From Vicinamibacterales bacterium (GTDB lineage: Bacteria; Acidobacteriota; Vicinamibacteria; Vicinamibacterales; CAVVIG01), in NCBI GenBank assembly GCA_050250175.1, contig JBFWPD010000001.1, positions 1 to 30,388 of the forward strand: a stretch of DNA of 30,388 nt, given 5' to 3'. Made by a program: the position numbers and the translations under genes. Below, one piece after another: positions 16,869 to 25,322 of this stretch. Under the pieces are notes generated by a model that ran no database searches, was not told where the DNA came from, and saw nothing but the letters and a program-made list of their open reading frames with translations. The number at the start of each line of letters is the position of its first letter. The first letter of the stretch is position 1.

Positions 16869-18988
16869 CCGAGCGCCGTCATGAGTGCGTCCGGCGCCGA
16901 GATTGGTGCGCCGCACGTGAAGTCGCGGCACACATAGGCCGTCGCCCTGCCGTCGATTGGCCGCATCGCCGCAACAAAGGGCATGAGCGCACCGAGTCCT
17001 GCCTGCTGCGCGCGAGAGAGGCGAAGCACGGTGGTTGACGGAAGGTAGCGTACGGCAAGCGCCCAATCGAGCTCGTCCGCTCCAGCGTCGCCGACGATCA
17101 CGACCTGCCTGAGTCCGGCGAGATGGATGGACAGGGCCGCTGCCATCATCGGGACGGCTCGCCCCGTCTGCTCCAATCTCTTCCCGAACAATCGGAGCGA
17201 GCGGCTGATTCGATCGGCCCAGTCCGCATCCTCGGCAAGATGCGACAGCACGAGCAGATTCTGAACGGAGACGGACGTTGCCGTCGGCTCCGCACCGTCG
17301 TAATCCTCTTTCAGGCGAAGCAGCACGCTTGGATCCCGGCCGGTCGTGCTGAACCATCCGCCGTCGACCTGGTCCCAGAACAGCTCGTCCTGCCTGCGCT
17401 GCAGTGCGAGCACCCACTCGAGCCATCGCGGATCGGGATCTGCCTGAAACAGTTCGAGCACACCCGCGATCAGAAACGCGAAGTCCTCGGCGTAGGCGTC
17501 GATCTCGGCATGTCCCTGACGGTAGCGCCGCAGCAGCGTCTTCGAGTCCCGATCCCACATGCGCTGCTCGATGAAGGACGCGGCGCGCCGTGCGGCATCG
17601 ACGAGGCCCGCACCGGATTCGGCGTCACGGCCCCCCGCGGCCTTCAGCAGGCGTCCTGCGCGGGCAAAGGCGCCGATCATGAGTCCGTTCCAGGCCGTCA
17701 GGACCTTGTCGTCGAGATGAGGCCGTGGCCGCGCCAGCCGAGCCTCGAACATCGCACACCGCACGCGTGCGAGCACGGCTCGCACATCGGACTCCGGCGT
17801 GCCTGACTCTGATGCGACGTCCTCGATCGCTTTCGCAATGTAGAGGATGTTCTTGCCGACAAACTCCTGCTGCGGATCAGCCGGCGCGTTGCCCGCAGGC
17901 TCGACGCCGAAGTGGCGCTTCACGAGGGCGGTGTCGGATCCGGCAAGCTCGTCGATCTCACCCGCAGTCCACAGATAGAAGGCCCCTTCCATCTTGCGTG
18001 CGCCAGGATCGCCTGCGTGCTCCGGAGGGATGCTGTCGGCATCCTCGGCGGAGAAGAAGCCGCCCGCTTCGTCCGTCATCTCGCGCATGACGTAGCGCAA
18101 CGTGTCTTCGGCGACGTCCATGAAGAAGCGGTCGCCGGATACCTGAGCGGCATCCAGATACGCCTGAACCAGCTGCGCCTGGTCGTAGAGCATCTTCTCG
18201 AAATGAGGCACGCGCCATTCGGCATCGACGGAGTAACGATGAAATCCTCCTCCGACGAGATCGCGCATACCGCTGAGCGCCATCGCCTGCAGCGTCGCCA
18301 GCGCCATGTCGCGCGCGTACGTGTCGCCGGTTCGCGCGTGCTCGCGAAACAGGAACAGCAACTCGCTGGGCCGCGGAAACTTTGGCGCCGAGCCGAAGCC
18401 GCCGTGCCGGTGGTCGAACGAGTCTGCAAACTGACGGACCGTCCGCGCCAGCGCGTCGGCTGACGGCTCGCTCCCTGCCGCCTCCGTCGCTATGGACGAA
18501 CGCAGGTCGGAGGTCACCCCCTCGGCGGAGGCTTCGATCTTGTCGCGGTTCTCGTGCCAGACGCGTGCGATCTCCTGAAGGATCTCGATGAAGCCGGGGC
18601 GGCCCCAGCGTGCGGACGGCGGAAAGTAGGTACCGCCGTAGAACGGCTTGAGATCCGGCGTCAGCCAGACGCTCATCGGCCATCCACCGGATCCGGTGGT
18701 CGCCTGCACGAAGGTCATGTACACGCGGTCGACGTCGGGGCGCTCTTCCCGATCGACTTTAATCGACACGAAGTGCTCGTTCAGCACCGCCGCCACCGCG
18801 GCGTTCTCGAATGACTCGTGCTCCATGACGTGACACCAGTGGCACGTCGAGTAGCCAATCGACAGAAAGATGGGCCGGCCCTCGCGGCGCGCCTTCTCGA
18901 ACGCTTCGTCGCCCCACGGATACCAGTCCACAGGGTTGGCCGCGTGCTGAAGGAGGTACGGACTGCGCGTTCCGGCGAGGCGATTCAT
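16862..18988 (-). CDS. Thioredoxin-domain protein, YyaL/SSP411 family
   Basis: [61 protein letters not shown] and [18 protein letters not shown] are characteristic of this family. Confidence 0.92.
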   Translation of the reverse strand: MNRLAGTRSPYLLQHAANPVDWYPWGDEAFEKARREGRPIFLSIGYSTCHWCHVMEHESFENAAVAAVLNEHFVSIKVDREERPDVDRVYMTFVQATTGSGGWPMSVWLTPDLKPFYGGTYFPPSARWGRPGFIEILQEIARVWHENRDKIEASAEGVTSDLRSSIATEAAGSEPSADALARTVRQFADSFDHRHGGFGSAPKFPRPSELLFLFREHARTGDTYARDMALATLQAMALSGMRDLVGGGFHRYSVDAEWRVPHFEKMLYDQAQLVQAYLDAAQVSGDRFFMDVAEDTLRYVMREMTDEAGGFFSAEDADSIPPEHAGDPGARKMEGAFYLWTAGEIDELAGSDTALVKRHFGVEPAGNAPADPQQEFVGKNILYIAKAIEDVASESGTPESDVRAVLARVRCAMFEARLARPRPHLDDKVLTAWNGLMIGAFARAGRLLKAAGGRDAESGAGLVDAARRAASFIEQRMWDRDSKTLLRRYRQGHAEIDAYAEDFAFLIAGVLELFQADPDPRWLEWVLALQRRQDELFWDQVDGGWFSTTGRDPSVLLRLKEDYDGAEPTATSVSVQNLLVLSHLAEDADWADRISRSLRLFGKRLEQTGRAVPMMAAALSIHLAGLRQVVIVGDAGADELDWALAVRYLPSTTVLRLSRAQQAGLGALMPFVAAMRPIDGRATAYVCRDFTCGAPISAPDALMTALGD

Positions 18989-18994
18989 TCCGCG

Positions 18995-19070
18995 ATTATG
19001 ACACTCGCGTGCGGCACGCTCACCTGGACCCGCCCGCTGGTTCGCCGCAAACGATCAGGTGCAGTAAGAT
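18995..19070. promoter_or_regulatory. Divergent -10 elements for the yyaL-like gene and pfpI
   Basis: Minus: TGT-CATAAT (19000-18995), N6, ATG 18988. Plus: TAAGAT (19065-19070), N7, ATG 19078. No good -35 matches. Confidence 0.5.
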
Positions 19071-19077
19071 TTCCCGC

Positions 19078-19626
19078 ATGGCTGATGCGGCTTCGCTGAC
19101 GGGAAAGCGGGTGGCAATGCTCGTCGAGGACGAGTTCGAGGATCGGGAACTGACGGGTCCACTCGAAACGCTGCGTGCGGCAGGAGCCACGGTCGTCCTC
19201 GTGGGCGCCACGGCGGGCGGCAGCTATCGCGGGAAGCGTGGCGAGGCAGTCGTCACCGCCGACATCGCCGCGGGTGCCGCGAAGATCAAGGATTTCGACG
19301 CCGTGGTGATCCCCGGCGGGCACGCGCCCGACAAGATGCGGATGCGGCACGCCATGGTCGACCTCGCGCGCGACGCCATGCAGGCCGGCAAGCCCGTGGC
19401 GGCCATCTGCCACGGCCCGCAGGTGCTCATTTCGGCCAACGCCCTGCGCGGACGCACACTCACCTGCTGGCCCTCGATTGCGATCGACGTCAAGAACGCC
19501 GGCGGCCTCTACGTCGACAAGCCCGTCGTCGAGGACGGAAATCTGATCACGTCACGCAAGCCCGACGACGTGCCGATGTTCAGCGAGGCGATCATCCGCG
19601 CGCTCGCGCGTGTGCAGGTGCCGTAA
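19078..19626 (+). CDS. DJ-1/PfpI family protein (type 1 glutamine amidotransferase-like; glyoxalase III/protease I-like)
   Basis: FEDREL, VIPGGHAPD, nucleophile AICHGP, GNLITSRKPDD. Start moved to ATG 19078. Confidence 0.92.
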   Translation: MADAASLTGKRVAMLVEDEFEDRELTGPLETLRAAGATVVLVGATAGGSYRGKRGEAVVTADIAAGAAKIKDFDAVVIPGGHAPDKMRMRHAMVDLARDAMQAGKPVAAICHGPQVLISANALRGRTLTCWPSIAIDVKNAGGLYVDKPVVEDGNLITSRKPDDVPMFSEAIIRALARVQVP

Positions 19627-20045
19627 CACGAGACACACGAAAACGGACAGAGACTCGGCACGAAGGCACGAAGAGAAACACGAAACACACGAAAAAGACA
19701 CGAAACACACGAAAATACGAAACACACCAAAGGTGGGACACACACAGACCTGCCAACGACTACAGCGCCGCCAAAGACGCGATCAGACTGATCTTCAGGA
19801 ACCGCTGCCGCCTTCTCCCATTCCGGCCCTTCTGTAAGCGCTGGTTCCTTGCCTTCGCGGCGCTCGTCGCCTTCTCACAGGAGGAGCGGCACCTGGAACA
19901 GGTGACAGGAAGCGCGTGGTGCCAGGGCCTCTGGATCTGCGACCAAGCTCGCAGGCTTCGTGAGTTTCGTACTTCGTGGAGTTTCGTGTCTTCGTGCTTC
20001 GTGAGTTTCGTGTTTCCGTGTTTCGTGTGTTTCGTGTCTTCGTGA
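19627..20045. repeat. Large inverted-arm element: (CACGAA)n left arm, ~225-nt core, (TTCGTG)n right arm
   Basis: Seven exact CACGAA in 19627-19730 and nine exact TTCGTG in 19957-20044; perfect 20-bp inverted repeat 19695-19714 / 20021-20040. Spans exactly from the pfpI stop to the yihY stop. Confidence 0.93.
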
Positions 20046-20951
20046 TCAGAAAGCATCGATGCGCGGCGTCGGCGCCGCCGCCATCGTGTCGGGCCGTCCA
20101 CGACGCAGGCGCGCGTAGGCGGCCGTGAGCTCTGCGCCGTACAGCAGGATCACGGCCTGCGTGTACACCCAGATCAGGAACACGACAACCGCCGCAATGG
20201 ACCCATGGATCGCGGACAGCCGTCCGAGGTCGCGGAACATCCAGGTGAAGGCGTCGAGCACGCCGGACCACAGCAGTCCGGTCACGGCCGCGCCAACCCA
20301 GACATCGCGGAAACGCACGTCGGCATTCGGCACGAAGTAGTAGATCAGGCCGACCACGCCGATGAACAGCGCGGTCGTCGCGTAACGAATCAGGAGACTG
20401 CGGAACACCTCGAGCGCCGGGAACCGCGCCAGCACCTGAGCGAACCATGTCGCGTCCACGACGTGGGAGGCCGTCACCACCAGCAGGGTCGCAAGGAGGA
20501 TCAGACCCGCGCAGAGCATCATCACGAAGGCGACCAGCTTGTGCTGCCAGAAGCTCCGCGCCTTCTCCACACCCCACGCATGGTTGACCGCGCTCGTCAC
20601 CGCGCCGAATACGCCGAACGAGCCCCAGACGAGGAAGAGGGCGCTTGCGACCGACAGGCCGACGACACTCGCGGACAACGCGTCGAACTGATTCGCGATG
20701 AACTCGAACTGCTGCGGAAAATAGCGGAGGATGAATCGCAGGACCTCGGTCCGGCTCTCCTCGTCGCTCGTCGCATTCGCGAGGATCGCCAGGCCGAGCA
20801 TCGAGAACGGAAAGAGCGACAGCAGCGCGTAGTACGCGATCGACGCCGCGTAGGTGAGGTTATCGCTGCGATAGAACCCCACCAGCCCGTGCCACGCTGC
20901 CAGGGCCGTCAGCCGCCCGACCCCGCGGATACGATGGCCCGCGAGGGCCAA
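20046..20951 (-). CDS. YihY/virulence factor BrkB family membrane protein
   Basis: AASIAYYALLSLFP, AVNHAW, LIYYFVPN and LIWVY...ILLYGAE motifs. Start inferred at TTG 20951 (GAGG upstream) to avoid overlap with the upstream gene. Confidence 0.85.
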   Translation of the reverse strand: MALAGHRIRGVGRLTALAAWHGLVGFYRSDNLTYAASIAYYALLSLFPFSMLGLAILANATSDEESRTEVLRFILRYFPQQFEFIANQFDALSASVVGLSVASALFLVWGSFGVFGAVTSAVNHAWGVEKARSFWQHKLVAFVMMLCAGLILLATLLVVTASHVVDATWFAQVLARFPALEVFRSLLIRYATTALFIGVVGLIYYFVPNADVRFRDVWVGAAVTGLLWSGVLDAFTWMFRDLGRLSAIHGSIAAVVVFLIWVYTQAVILLYGAELTAAYARLRRGRPDTMAAAPTPRIDAF

Positions 20952-20973
20952 CCGCCTCGACCAGCCGCGACGA

Positions 20974-21246
20974 TCAGAACGGGCTGGTCTGGTTTGAGTG
21001 CGGGTACCGATGGGTGTCGATGCGGTCGATGGCATCCCGAACGATCTTCCAGCCTTCGCGGGCAGCTCCCGCCGCCCCGAACATGGTGCCCGTCACCCGG
21101 CTCAAATCGCGAGCCGCTTCTTCCAGACCGGGCTCGAGCTCGCGGCGCAGTGCACGGCCGCGCTCGGTAAAGAACAGATAGCCGGCCAGGGCGCCGACGA
21201 CGGCGCCGATGACCGACGCTGCGACCACTTGTGATTGCTCTGACAT
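20974..21246 (-). CDS. Small membrane-anchored YtxH-like protein
   Basis: GGAGG SD; N-terminal Gly/Ala hydrophobic stretch (IGAVVGALAGYLFF) followed by a helical region; adjacent to yihY-like gene. Confidence 0.6.
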   Translation of the reverse strand: MSEQSQVVAASVIGAVVGALAGYLFFTERGRALRRELEPGLEEAARDLSRVTGTMFGAAGAAREGWKIVRDAIDRIDTHRYPHSNQTSPF

Positions 21247-21302
21247 GCGTCCTACCTCCCGCGGGCCGCTCGGGCCCCGCTTCGGGATTTCAAGAGGCGT
21301 GC

Positions 21303-22766
21303 CTAGGCCGTTTCGGCCGGCTCCGGCTCCTCTTCGTCGGCTTCCGGCTCCTCGTCCGCCGCGGCCGAGGCCGAGGCGGCCGCCATACGCGCCGACTTGC
21401 CGCCGTCCTGAATGTCGTGCTTCTTCATCTTGCTATAGAGCGTCGGCCGGTAGAGCCCGAGAATCTGCGCCGCCTCCTGCTTGTTCCAGTTCGTCCGCTG
21501 GAGTGTCTGCAGGATCGCCATCTTCTCGATCTCGGCGAGCGTGCGGTGCGGCGGGATCACGAAGTCGGCGCCGCTCGTGGACTCCTCACGAATCGATTCC
21601 GGAAGGTCGCCGACCGTGATCTCCGACCCCTTGGCGACGAGGACCGCACGCTCTATGGCGTTCTCGAGCTCCCGGACGTTCCCCGGCCACCGGCTGCGAA
21701 TCAGGATGTGATACACGGCCGGCGCCAGCGTCTTCACGCTCTTCTCGTAGCGGCGCCTGAACTTGTCGAGGAAGTAGTCGCACAGCAGCGGGATGTCCTC
21801 GGTGCGCTCGCGCAGCGGCGGCACGCGCAGGCCGATGGTGTTGATGCGGAAATACAGGTCCTCGCGCAGCCGGCCGTCACGGAGCGCCGCTTCGAGATCC
21901 ACGTTGGTCGCGCAGATCAAGCGGAAGTCCACGTGGACGATCCGATCGCTGCCGATCGGCCGGTACTCGCGCTCCTGCAGCACGCGCAGCAACTTCGTCT
22001 GCAGGTAGGCCGGCATCTCGCCAATCTCGTCGAGCAGCAGCGAGCCGCCCTCCGCCATCTCGAGCAGGCCTTCCTTGTCGGCCATCGCGCCGGTGAACGC
22101 GCCCTTCTTGTAGCCGAAGAGCTCCGACTCGATCAGATCCTTCGGGATGGCCGCGCAGTTGATCTTGATGAACGGACCCTTGGCGCGCTTGCTGTTGAAG
22201 TGGATCGCGTTCGCGATGAGCTCTTTGCCCGTGCCGTTCTCACCCTGAATCAGGATGTTGGCTTCGCTCGCCGCGACGCTCTCAATCAGCTCGAAGAGCT
22301 CCTCCATCTTCCGGCTCTTGCCGACGACGTTGCGGAAGCGATACCGATCCTGAAGCCGCTGCCGCAATTCCTCGTTCTCGTCAGCGAGCGTCCGGTGCTT
22401 GATCGCCTTTTCCAGCTTGTCGAGGAGCAGATCGGCATCGACCGGCTTCTCGAGGAAGTCGTAGGCGCCCGCCTTCACGGCCTCCACCGAGCGGGGAATG
22501 TTTCCCTGGCCGGTGATCATGATCACCTCGACGTCCGGCTCCTTCTCCTTGAACCGCCGGACGAGATCGATCCCGTCGATGTCCGGCAGCAGCATGTCGG
22601 TCACGACGGCGTCAGGCTTCCAGGTGCGAAACAGCTCTTCACCCCGGGTCCCAATGAGCGCCGTCTTGACCTCGTAGTCCGAGTGCTCGAGCAGAATCGT
22701 CAGCCACTCGGTCATCGCCGGTTCGTCGTCAATCGCCAGGACTCGCTTCTTTCGTTTCACGCTCAT
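21303..22766 (-). CDS. Sigma54-dependent response regulator (NtrC family: REC, AAA+, Fis HTH)
   Basis: REC (IDDE, VVTDMLLPD, FLEKP), GENGTGKE, ESELFGYKKGAFTGA, LLLDEIGE, WPGNVRELEN, C-terminal AAQILGLYRPTLYSKM. Start at ATG 22766 supported by promoter spacing. Confidence 0.93.
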   Translation of the reverse strand: MSVKRKKRVLAIDDEPAMTEWLTILLEHSDYEVKTALIGTRGEELFRTWKPDAVVTDMLLPDIDGIDLVRRFKEKEPDVEVIMITGQGNIPRSVEAVKAGAYDFLEKPVDADLLLDKLEKAIKHRTLADENEELRQRLQDRYRFRNVVGKSRKMEELFELIESVAASEANILIQGENGTGKELIANAIHFNSKRAKGPFIKINCAAIPKDLIESELFGYKKGAFTGAMADKEGLLEMAEGGSLLLDEIGEMPAYLQTKLLRVLQEREYRPIGSDRIVHVDFRLICATNVDLEAALRDGRLREDLYFRINTIGLRVPPLRERTEDIPLLCDYFLDKFRRRYEKSVKTLAPAVYHILIRSRWPGNVRELENAIERAVLVAKGSEITVGDLPESIREESTSGADFVIPPHRTLAEIEKMAILQTLQRTNWNKQEAAQILGLYRPTLYSKMKKHDIQDGGKSARMAAASASAAADEEPEADEEEPEPAETA

Positions 22767-22773
22767 GGGCCCT

Positions 22774-22802
22774 AGACTGAGCCAATCTACGCATATAGTC
22801 AA
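22774..22802 (-). promoter_or_regulatory. Sigma70-like promoter of the regulator gene
   Basis: TTGACT (22802-22797), N17, CAGTCT (22779-22774), N7, ATG 22766. The -10 is non-consensus. Confidence 0.5.
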
Positions 22803-22896
22803 TACACAATCACGAAAAGCGTTCTATATTCTTACATATTGCTGGGTTGTGACAGCTTCGCGAACCTCGAAAATGCGATAATTCGCCCTAATCTCC

Positions 22897-24504
22897 GTGA
22901 GAGTTCTCGAGACCCGCATCGACCCTGCCGCCCCGATGTTCCGGGCCAACCAGGCGGAAATCGCCCGGCAGGTCGCCGAGTTACGGGACACACTCACCCG
23001 GATCCGCCAGGGGGGCGATGAGCGGTCAGTCGCCCGGCACCGCGCCCAGAACAAGCTCCCCGTCCGGGAACGGATCGATCGCCTGATCGATCGCGGTTCT
23101 CCGTTCCTCGAGCTCTCACCTCTCGCCGCCTTTGGTCTGTATGACGACGAGGCGCCGTCGGCGGGCGTTGTCACTGGCGTCGGACGCGTGTCAGGCCGCG
23201 AGGTGCTCATCGTCGGCAACGACGCGACGGTGAAGGGAGGCACGTACTTCCCGTTGACCGTGAGCAAGCACCTGCGCGCGCAGCAGGTTGCGCTCGAGAA
23301 CCGGCTGCCGTGCGTGTATCTGGTGGACTCCGGGGGCGCCTTCCTGCCGAAACAGGACGAGGTCTTCCCTGGACGCGAGCATTTCGGCCGGATCTTTTTC
23401 AACCAGGCCCGCATGTCCGCCCTGCGGATTCCGCAGATCGCGGTCGTCATGGGATCGTGCACGGCGGGCGGCGCGTACGTGCCGGCGATGTCCGACGAGA
23501 CAATCATCGTGCGCGGCACGGGGACGATTTTTCTCGGCGGCCCGCCGCTCGTGAAAGCGGCGACAGGCGAAGAGGTCACGGCCGAGGAGCTGGGCGGAGC
23601 CGACGTGCATACGCGCGCGTCAGGAGTCGCCGACTACCTTACCGAGAGCGACGATGACGCGCTCGAGCAATGCCGCACCATCGTCTCCACGCTGCACGTG
23701 GTCAAGTCGCTCCCGCGGGACATGACCACGCCCGAAGCGCCGCGGTACGACCCCGCGGAGATTTACGGCATTCTCAACGCCGATCGCCGGCGTCCGTACG
23801 ACGTGCGGGAGATCATCGCGCGCATCGTCGATGGCTCCCGGTTCGACGAATTCCGTGAGCGGTACGGCACGACGCTCGTCACGGGATTTGCGCGGCTGCA
23901 GGGCTTCCTCGTCGGAATCGTCGCGAACAACGGCGTCCTGTTCTCGGAGTCGGCGCTCAAGGCGACACACTTCATCGAGCTGTGCAACCAGCGTGGCGTG
24001 CCCCTCGTGTTCCTCCAGAACATCACCGGCTTCATCGTCGGACGGCAGTACGAGCGAGCAGGCATCGCGAAGGATGGCGCAAAGATGGTGCACGCCGTCG
24101 CCAACTCGGTGGTGCCGAAGTTCACGATCATCACGGGCGGATCGTTTGGCGCAGGCAACTATGCGATGTGCGGCCGTGCGTACGACCCCCGATTCCTCTG
24201 GACCTGGCCGAGCGCGCGCATCTCGGTGATGGGGGGCGAGCAGGCCGCCGCGGTGCTCGCGACGGTCAAGCGCGATCAGATGGCGCGCAAAGGTCAGCCC
24301 TGGACCGACGCCGACGACCAGGCGCTGCGCGCGCCGATTCTCGAGAAGTACGATCGCGAGGGCTCGCCCTACTACGCCACCGCCCGCCTGTGGGACGACG
24401 GGATCATCGATCCTGTCGAAACCCGGCAGACACTGGCGCTCGGACTGTCGGCTGCCTGCAACGCGCCGGTGCCACCGCCTGCCTTCGGCGTCTTCCGCAT
24501 GTAG
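22897..24504 (+). CDS. liuB: Methylcrotonyl-CoA carboxylase carboxyltransferase (beta) subunit
   Basis: [63 protein letters not shown]; clustered with hydratase, biotin carboxylase and HMG-CoA lyase. Confidence 0.88.
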   Translation: MRVLETRIDPAAPMFRANQAEIARQVAELRDTLTRIRQGGDERSVARHRAQNKLPVRERIDRLIDRGSPFLELSPLAAFGLYDDEAPSAGVVTGVGRVSGREVLIVGNDATVKGGTYFPLTVSKHLRAQQVALENRLPCVYLVDSGGAFLPKQDEVFPGREHFGRIFFNQARMSALRIPQIAVVMGSCTAGGAYVPAMSDETIIVRGTGTIFLGGPPLVKAATGEEVTAEELGGADVHTRASGVADYLTESDDDALEQCRTIVSTLHVVKSLPRDMTTPEAPRYDPAEIYGILNADRRRPYDVREIIARIVDGSRFDEFRERYGTTLVTGFARLQGFLVGIVANNGVLFSESALKATHFIELCNQRGVPLVFLQNITGFIVGRQYERAGIAKDGAKMVHAVANSVVPKFTIITGGSFGAGNYAMCGRAYDPRFLWTWPSARISVMGGEQAAAVLATVKRDQMARKGQPWTDADDQALRAPILEKYDREGSPYYATARLWDDGIIDPVETRQTLALGLSAACNAPVPPPAFGVFRM

Positions 24505-24506
24505 TC

Positions 24507-25295
24507 ATGTCGTACCGCTTTCTCCTGACGCGTCGCGACGGACCAATCGCCTATGTGACGCTCAACCGGCCCGAGGTTCGCAACGCGCTCAACACCGACG
24601 TCATCAGCGAGCTCGGCGCGTGGGCGGCCGCGGTGGAGCGTCAGACGGATATCCGTGTCGCCGTGCTTTCCGGAGCGGGACCCGTGTTCTGCGCCGGCGC
24701 GGATATCGGGTGGATGGCGAAGTCGCTGTCATTCACCGTCGACGAGAATACGGCCGATGCCGAACGGCTCGCAGCAATGCTGGCCGCGCTCAATCGCCTG
24801 CGCGTGCCGCTCATCGGCCGCATCCACGGTGCCGCGCTTGGAGGCGGATCAGGACTCGCGGCCATCTGCGACATCGTCGTCGCCGCAGAAGATGCGGTGT
24901 TCGGATTCACCGAAGTGAAGCTCGGCATCGTGCCGGCAGTCATTTCCCCGTTCGTGCTCGCGAAGATCGGCCGATCGGCGGCGCGCGAGCTCTTCCTGAC
25001 CGGGGCAAGGTTCGACGCCACGCGCGCGCGCGAGATCGGCGTGGTGCATGCAGTCGTGCCTTCCAGCGGTCTGGATGATGCGGTCCTGGAGCGTGCCCGC
25101 GAGGTCTTGTCCGGTGGACCCGACGCCATCGCGACCACGAAGGCGCTCATCAGCCAGGTCTGGGACATGACACCGAAGGACGCGGCACGGCTCACCGCGC
25201 GCACAATCGCCATGCGGCGTGTTTCGCCAGAGGGCCAGGAGGGATTGCGCGCCTTTCTGGAAAAGCGCCGGGCGAGCTGGCGAGGCGATGAATGA
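24507..25295 (+). CDS. liuC: Enoyl-CoA hydratase family, probable methylglutaconyl-CoA hydratase
   Basis: LNRPEVRNAL, FCAGADI, GAALGGG, TEVKLGIVPAVISP; start ATG 24507 just after the liuB stop. Confidence 0.82.
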   Translation: MSYRFLLTRRDGPIAYVTLNRPEVRNALNTDVISELGAWAAAVERQTDIRVAVLSGAGPVFCAGADIGWMAKSLSFTVDENTADAERLAAMLAALNRLRVPLIGRIHGAALGGGSGLAAICDIVVAAEDAVFGFTEVKLGIVPAVISPFVLAKIGRSAARELFLTGARFDATRAREIGVVHAVVPSSGLDDAVLERAREVLSGGPDAIATTKALISQVWDMTPKDAARLTARTIAMRRVSPEGQEGLRAFLEKRRASWRGDE

Positions 25296-25322
25296 GAGGG
25301 CTTTGAGGACCTACAGGACCTG

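Noticed and set aside
19795-19960. Resemblance of ELGRRSRGPGTTRFLS to a four-helix-bundle protein segment
   Set aside because: Only a few residues match from memory, with no start codon and no other family motifs; cannot be supported without a search.
1546-20045. Repeat arrays as CRISPR arrays
   Set aside because: Units are 6-9 nt and directly tandem, with no 23-47 nt repeats separated by unique spacers and no cas genes.
19509-20577. ORFs 19509-19745, 19552-19743, 19610-19837, 19760-20101 and 19795-20577 (HEDTK/TKHTK/FVCF-type peptides)
   Set aside because: They are translations of the CACGAA/TTCGTG arms overlapping real genes. A stop-free plus frame across the element has no start codon giving more than about 50 aa.
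21231-22775. 514-aa plus-strand ORF opposite the sigma54 regulator (likewise 12010-12819, 11888-13333, 15286-16320, 27309-28673 and other long overlapping ORFs)
   Set aside because: Shadow ORFs typical of high-GC DNA, antisense or out of frame to genes with clear family motifs, and lacking motifs of their own.
22845-22865. Possible CRP/FNR-type site (TGTGA...) upstream of liuB
   Set aside because: The right half-site does not match TCACA at N6 spacing.
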